31,098 nucleotides of DNA from Gammaproteobacteria bacterium (GTDB taxonomy: Bacteria; Pseudomonadota; Gammaproteobacteria; GCA-002705445; GCA-002716945), in assembly GCA_045561295.1 (NCBI GenBank), contig JBJKYD010000005.1, forward strand, positions 1 to 31,098. The letters are read 5' to 3'. Below the pieces are notes generated by a model. It worked only from the letters and a program-made list of their open reading frames with translations, did no database searches and had not been told where the DNA came from. The position numbers were made by a program, and so were the translations under genes. Shown here piece by piece: positions 26,859 to 31,098 of this stretch. Within the stretch, counting starts at the first letter, position 1; each line of letters begins with the position of its first letter.

Positions 26859-27714
26859 ATGCCTTATAATAGGCACGGGAAGAATCTCGAGTCAGTTATC
26901 ATCTATTTTATTGAATCGGAACTTAAAGCCCAAAGTCATTGCCTTGAGCAAGATGGAAAACTACAACTATGATGATATTAATCAATATTTTACAATAATT
27001 TATGCAGGATATGATCATTTTAGTCTGTGTAAAAATATCCTTAAATTGAAAAATTTCTTAAGATTTCTTAAATCAAGTAAATATCAGGGTAACTTTGTAT
27101 TTTTAAATACTCAAGGGATCATATACAATAATATTATTGAAAATTTTCATAATACTCTCAACCATAAACTTGATCGTTATTTATTAACTAAGAGATTACA
27201 ATCAAAAATTTTAAATTCATCTAAGTTAAATATTATTCAGCTATACTTACCAATTGTGATTAATGTATCTGGACAATTAGATCTACTAATGTCAGAGCTT
27301 AAAACCTTTAAAAGTATAAAGTTGCCCAATGAAGGCAAAAATAAATTCTATATACTTGATATAAAAAATTTAGGAGATTATATTATAAATCTATCAGTTT
27401 CAGAGAAACTAAATAATCTTTTTATTTATTCGTCATATACATCACTTAGTGATTTAATTAAACATTATCAAGTTGAAATTACTATAAATAATGACGACGA
27501 TATAATCGAAGATAAGATAAACATAATAAGTCTCTTACGTTCTGTTATATCCACTATATATTATTGCATCACTAGATCTAAATACAGAAACAGGAAAATT
27601 GAAACATCATTCAGCAATCTTGAATCTGGAAGATTATCTAAAAATCTACGATTGCAATTTAATAAGAATTATATCAAACCAAATTCCCTTAAATTATTAA
27701 ATAAAGAAATATGA
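26848..27714 (+). CDS. Hypothetical protein, degenerate SDR/Rossmann-like
   Basis: N-terminal CLIIGTGRIS (partial Gly motif), FVFLNT strand and a YLLTK (YxxxK) at SDR-like spacing; overlaps both neighbours. Confidence 0.5.
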   Translation: MKDKCLIIGTGRISSQLSSILLNRNLKPKVIALSKMENYNYDDINQYFTIIYAGYDHFSLCKNILKLKNFLRFLKSSKYQGNFVFLNTQGIIYNNIIENFHNTLNHKLDRYLLTKRLQSKILNSSKLNIIQLYLPIVINVSGQLDLLMSELKTFKSIKLPNEGKNKFYILDIKNLGDYIINLSVSEKLNNLFIYSSYTSLSDLIKHYQVEITINNDDDIIEDKINIISLLRSVISTIYYCITRSKYRNRKIETSFSNLESGRLSKNLRLQFNKNYIKPNSLKLLNKEI

Positions 27715-29150
27715 AGCATATATGTATAATTGGATCAGGCTTTTCTGGAGGTGTACTTGCCAGCGAAATATCAGAGGATTCTAAAATAAAAGTTACACTA
27801 TTGGACTGTGACGATATCTCAAAGAAATTTGATAATAGCCTTGACCTAAAAAAAAATAAATCATCCTATTTATCATTCAATTCAACTGGATATGGTTTTG
27901 GTGGAACATCAAACTTATGGCATGGGGTAATGACATTCCTTGATGATTGTGATTATGAATCTATTAGTTCAATGATTAAGATTGATTTGAAAAATGAAAT
28001 TGAAAAAGTTTTGCCAAGAATGATCCAATATTTTGGTGACATATCAATTCTTTCAAGTCATGAATATAAAAAAACTGATAAATTTTTTAAAAGCGAACCT
28101 TTTTTATTAAAAAATCATATTATTCAAAAAAATCCAGTTAGAGTAAGAAATATTATCAATGACTCAAGTAAAAAAAATACCAATCTGAATTTAATCTCAA
28201 ATGCTATAGTGATATCACTTAAATATAGAAATAGTAAAATTACTTCTGTTGTCTATAATCAAAATGGCATTCAAAAAGAACTTAGTGCTGATGTATTTGT
28301 GATATCAGCAGGAGCTTTAGAATCACCAAGAATTATTTTAGATTCCTTTATTGATGATCATAAAAATCATAATACGGGGATGAACTTATTAGACCATCCA
28401 ATAGCTCTAATAGGTAAACTAAAGCTTAATAGAAAAAGCTTTCATAATTTTCATGGAATATATAACTTGTTTAGAAATAATTCTTTGAGACTAGGCCTTA
28501 TACTTAAAACGAAATATAAGAATAATGATCAACTGAATCATTCTATATTTTTGAGGCCTAGCGTTAAGGGAAATTTAACTTCTTTTAAAAAGGACATGTC
28601 ATTACTGATATCAGGTAAATTAAGCTTTACTCGAATCCTTAGTATATTGTTTAACATAAGGCTTTTGAAGCTTTCTTTCATATTACTTATGGAGAAAGTT
28701 GGTATTGGTTACTATACGGATGAACTCGATATTACACTTCAACTTGAAGGCGTTTCTGAGATAAATCAGTCAACTGTGAAGCTTAGCTCTCATAAAGATC
28801 AGTATAATCGATCAATACCAGATATAAATTATAACTTTTCAAATAAATTATTATCTGAAATTAAATATATACAGAAATTATTGAGTAGAAACACAAGGTC
28901 TAATTCAACTTTTGTTTCTCATCATGTAGATTATGATGATTTTATTTTAGGCTCCCATCATGCTGGGACGTGCAGGATGAGTTATACCGAAAAATACGGT
29001 GTAGTAGATAGTAATTTGAAATATTTCGGAATAGATAATTTGTATGTATGTGATGCATCAGTATTACCTAAGATTGGAAACGCTAATCTAAGTCTAACTC
29101 TAGTAGCATTAGCTATAAGATTAAGTAATCATATTAAGAAAAATATATGA
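27711..29150 (+). CDS. GMC-family FAD-dependent oxidoreductase
   Basis: IIGSGFSG FAD motif, GFGGTSNLW.G, ISAGALESPRIIL, G.NLLDHP, HHAGTCRM, GVVD.NL, NLYVCDASV.P, NANLSLT. Confidence 0.9.
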   Translation: MKHICIIGSGFSGGVLASEISEDSKIKVTLLDCDDISKKFDNSLDLKKNKSSYLSFNSTGYGFGGTSNLWHGVMTFLDDCDYESISSMIKIDLKNEIEKVLPRMIQYFGDISILSSHEYKKTDKFFKSEPFLLKNHIIQKNPVRVRNIINDSSKKNTNLNLISNAIVISLKYRNSKITSVVYNQNGIQKELSADVFVISAGALESPRIILDSFIDDHKNHNTGMNLLDHPIALIGKLKLNRKSFHNFHGIYNLFRNNSLRLGLILKTKYKNNDQLNHSIFLRPSVKGNLTSFKKDMSLLISGKLSFTRILSILFNIRLLKLSFILLMEKVGIGYYTDELDITLQLEGVSEINQSTVKLSSHKDQYNRSIPDINYNFSNKLLSEIKYIQKLLSRNTRSNSTFVSHHVDYDDFILGSHHAGTCRMSYTEKYGVVDSNLKYFGIDNLYVCDASVLPKIGNANLSLTLVALAIRLSNHIKKNI

Positions 29151-30229
29151 CTATAAATCTCATTCAAGATCTAGAAACACCTCACAATAATTGTCTCATA
29201 CGATATTTAAAACAACATGGAACAGAAGAACTTCGACTATGGTATGCCGAAGGTAATAAATCTTCTAAATATAGAGATAAATATTTAGAAACTCAACATA
29301 TATATGGGAAAAGAATCAATCTTAAATTTTTACTCAGATGTATCATTCATAGTGATGAGAAATTTTTTATAGTTGGTTGGGCAAATATTAATACTATAAT
29401 CTTGCATATATTTTTCTTTATAACAAGAAGACCTTTCAACCATTGGACTGATTTAGGAATAAATAATTTTGAAAAATTAAGTTTACAAAAAAAAATTCTA
29501 AGGAAGTGTGCTTATTATATTTTAAATAAGTCAAATTGTATTATATTTTGTGTAAGTAATTCAACAATAAGCTATTTAAAATCTCTTTCATTTAATGAAA
29601 ATAAACTTATACATCTCCCAATATATGTTGATACTTATGATGACTACGGATCTATACCATTTAATAAAAAAACTACCTTAGAAAAATACTCAATTGATGA
29701 TGATAGTTTTGTAATTACTGCAGGTAGCAGATTAGATTATTTAAAAGGGTTTGATTTGCTCTTAGACGCATTGTCTAGATATGATTCTCAATTAATAAAA
29801 AAATGCACTATTATTATAGTAGGTTCAGGTTCAGAGCTTAATAAAATAAAAAAAATTGCTAACAGACTTGAATGTAAAACTATATTTACTGATTGGCTAC
29901 AAATTGATGATTTTAAATCAATAATTTATAGTTCAAATTTGTTTATCCAACCATCTCGATATGAAACATTTGGATCCGCATCTCTTGCTATGTCGTTAGG
30001 TACTCCTGTAATTGGAACAACATCATCAGGTGCTTCTGCTGATAGAATTATCGATGGTTATAATGGATATCTATATAGCTATGATAATGTTGATAGACTT
30101 ATTAATAAAATTCAATTTCTTCAAAATAACCAGAGTATTCTAAAAAAATTATCAATAAATGCTTTCAATTCTTCGCAATCTTGGCCTTTGGATAAAGGCA
30201 GAAAAACAATTACAAGTAATATAATTTAG
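29147..30229 (+). CDS. Glycosyltransferase family 4 (GT-B)
   Basis: GSRLDYLKGFD.LL.A, IVGSGSE, FIQPSRYETFG...AMSLGTPVI, I.DGYNG.L. Confidence 0.88.
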   Translation: MTINLIQDLETPHNNCLIRYLKQHGTEELRLWYAEGNKSSKYRDKYLETQHIYGKRINLKFLLRCIIHSDEKFFIVGWANINTIILHIFFFITRRPFNHWTDLGINNFEKLSLQKKILRKCAYYILNKSNCIIFCVSNSTISYLKSLSFNENKLIHLPIYVDTYDDYGSIPFNKKTTLEKYSIDDDSFVITAGSRLDYLKGFDLLLDALSRYDSQLIKKCTIIIVGSGSELNKIKKIANRLECKTIFTDWLQIDDFKSIIYSSNLFIQPSRYETFGSASLAMSLGTPVIGTTSSGASADRIIDGYNGYLYSYDNVDRLINKIQFLQNNQSILKKLSINAFNSSQSWPLDKGRKTITSNII

Positions 30230-30253
30230 AAATAAAGTCTATATAATTGATCT

Positions 30254-30688
30254 ATGAAAATCAAAACTCTTAAACATGAGAAGTTTACTACAAAATCAAA
30301 CTCTGGAATATCAAATGGGTTTCTCGTCCCAATATATAACATACATGATAAGTTTTTTGATAATGGAAAAAAGCCTGAGCAGGTTTACCTGACAGTAATC
30401 TCAAAGAACTCCCAGAAGGGACCGCACTTACATAAGATTCGAACAGGCTGCTTTACATGCATAAAAGGTAATGTGAAGATCATACTAAAGATTGAAGGAA
30501 ACTACGAGACTTATTATAGTGGTGAAGATCATGATTTTCTCTCGATTATGATTCCAGTAGGTGTTGGTGCTTTATTAAAAAATATTAGTAATGAGGACTC
30601 TTATGTTGTCAATACGCCATATCCAGCATGGACTCCAGATATGAACGATGAGTATACTGATGACTTCAGTGATTTTGATTTGGATTAG
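30254..30688 (+). CDS. RmlC-like cupin (nucleotide-sugar epimerase/isomerase; WxcM/FdtA/RmlC-like)
   Basis: QVYLT......KGPHLHK.R...FTCIKGNVKI and IPVGV cupin motifs; glycan context. Confidence 0.72.
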   Translation: MKIKTLKHEKFTTKSNSGISNGFLVPIYNIHDKFFDNGKKPEQVYLTVISKNSQKGPHLHKIRTGCFTCIKGNVKIILKIEGNYETYYSGEDHDFLSIMIPVGVGALLKNISNEDSYVVNTPYPAWTPDMNDEYTDDFSDFDLD

Positions 30689-30701
30689 ACTGAGTATATA
30701 A

Positions 30702-31098
30702 ATGAAAATTATTGTTGTAGGTGACTATTCTTGGCAATGGTACCAGGATGCATGTTCGGATGCTCTTGAGAAATTAGGCCATGATGTTATAAGGCATGGA
30801 TGGTTTGATGTATTTAGGAGAAGAAGAACTTCTCATAGCGAACCTGTATTCCATTCTTGGCTACATAAGCTTCAATATGCAACAACTCATGGTCCGCTTA
30901 TAAGTCAGATAAACAATGCGCTGTTAGAAGTAGTAGAAACTGAAAATCCAGATGTAATTTGGTTCTATAATGTAAAGCATATCAAAATTCCAACTATAAG
31001 ATTAATTAAAAAGAAACATCCATACATTTACTTTGTTCAATTTTCAAATGATAACCCTTTTTCAAAATCATCCATATCTCGTATATGGAAAAACTATA
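30702..31098 (+). CDS. Probable glycosyltransferase (GT-B, CgeB-like), 3'-truncated by the window edge; absent from the ORF track
   Basis: Frame is open from ATG 30702 to the window end: MKIIVVGDYSWQWYQDACSDALEKLGHDV...NPDVIWFYN...NDNPFS. Confidence 0.7.
   Translation, partial: MKIIVVGDYSWQWYQDACSDALEKLGHDVIRHGWFDVFRRRRTSHSEPVFHSWLHKLQYATTHGPLISQINNALLEVVETENPDVIWFYNVKHIKIPTIRLIKKKHPYIYFVQFSNDNPFSKSSISRIWKNY

Larger units (their letters stand above)
17022..31098. other. Surface polysaccharide (O-antigen/glycotype) biosynthesis locus adjacent to the tRNA pair, continuing beyond the window
   Basis: Contiguous priming transferase, RmlB, WaaL-like, Wzz-like, SDR sugar enzymes, Wzx and glycosyltransferases. 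No mobility gene is visible. Confidence 0.85.

Noticed and set aside
12187-27856. A9 tracts (12187-12195 in plsX, 23939-23947, 27848-27856) as phase-variation switches
   Set aside because: Expected from Lys/Asn codons in an AT-rich genome; the frames are intact and one tract is in a core gene.
16958-31098. Integrative mobile element, prophage or CRISPR array at the tRNA
   Set aside because: No integrase, transposase, phage gene, att duplication or regular repeat-spacer pattern is visible in the window.

Overview
AT-rich, very densely packed chromosomal segment (many overlapping or abutting genes). Gene order and protein sequences point to a streamlined gammaproteobacterium; no finer taxonomy can be supported. 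About 1-16960 is mostly core: the 3' part of purL, then msrP-msrQ-soxB (soxB broken by a frameshift near 4325-4340), glyA-nrdR-ribD-ribE-ribB(X)-ribH-nusB-thiL, a convergent maf/yceF, and rpmF-plsX-fabH-udg(family 5)-uvrC-pgsA-tRNA-Gly-tRNA-Cys. From about 17020 to beyond the window end is a surface-glycan (O-antigen-like) locus. It encodes a priming transferase, RmlB, a WaaL-like ligase, a short antisense Wzz-like protein, four SDR nucleotide-sugar enzymes including a UDP-sulfoquinovose-synthase (SqdB/Agl3) homologue, Wzx, an atypical SDR, a GMC oxidoreductase, a GT4, a cupin and a partial glycosyltransferase. Best leads: (1) a probable sulfonated-sugar surface glycan pathway built around an SqdB homologue that lacks the Arg101 equivalent; (2) an orphan soxB translationally coupled to msrPQ; (3) a tRNA-Gly(GCC) whose near-invariant G19-C56 elbow pair is replaced by a compensatory A19-U56. 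No CRISPR array, integrase, transposase or rRNA was seen. All family calls come from motif recognition by eye, not from database searches.
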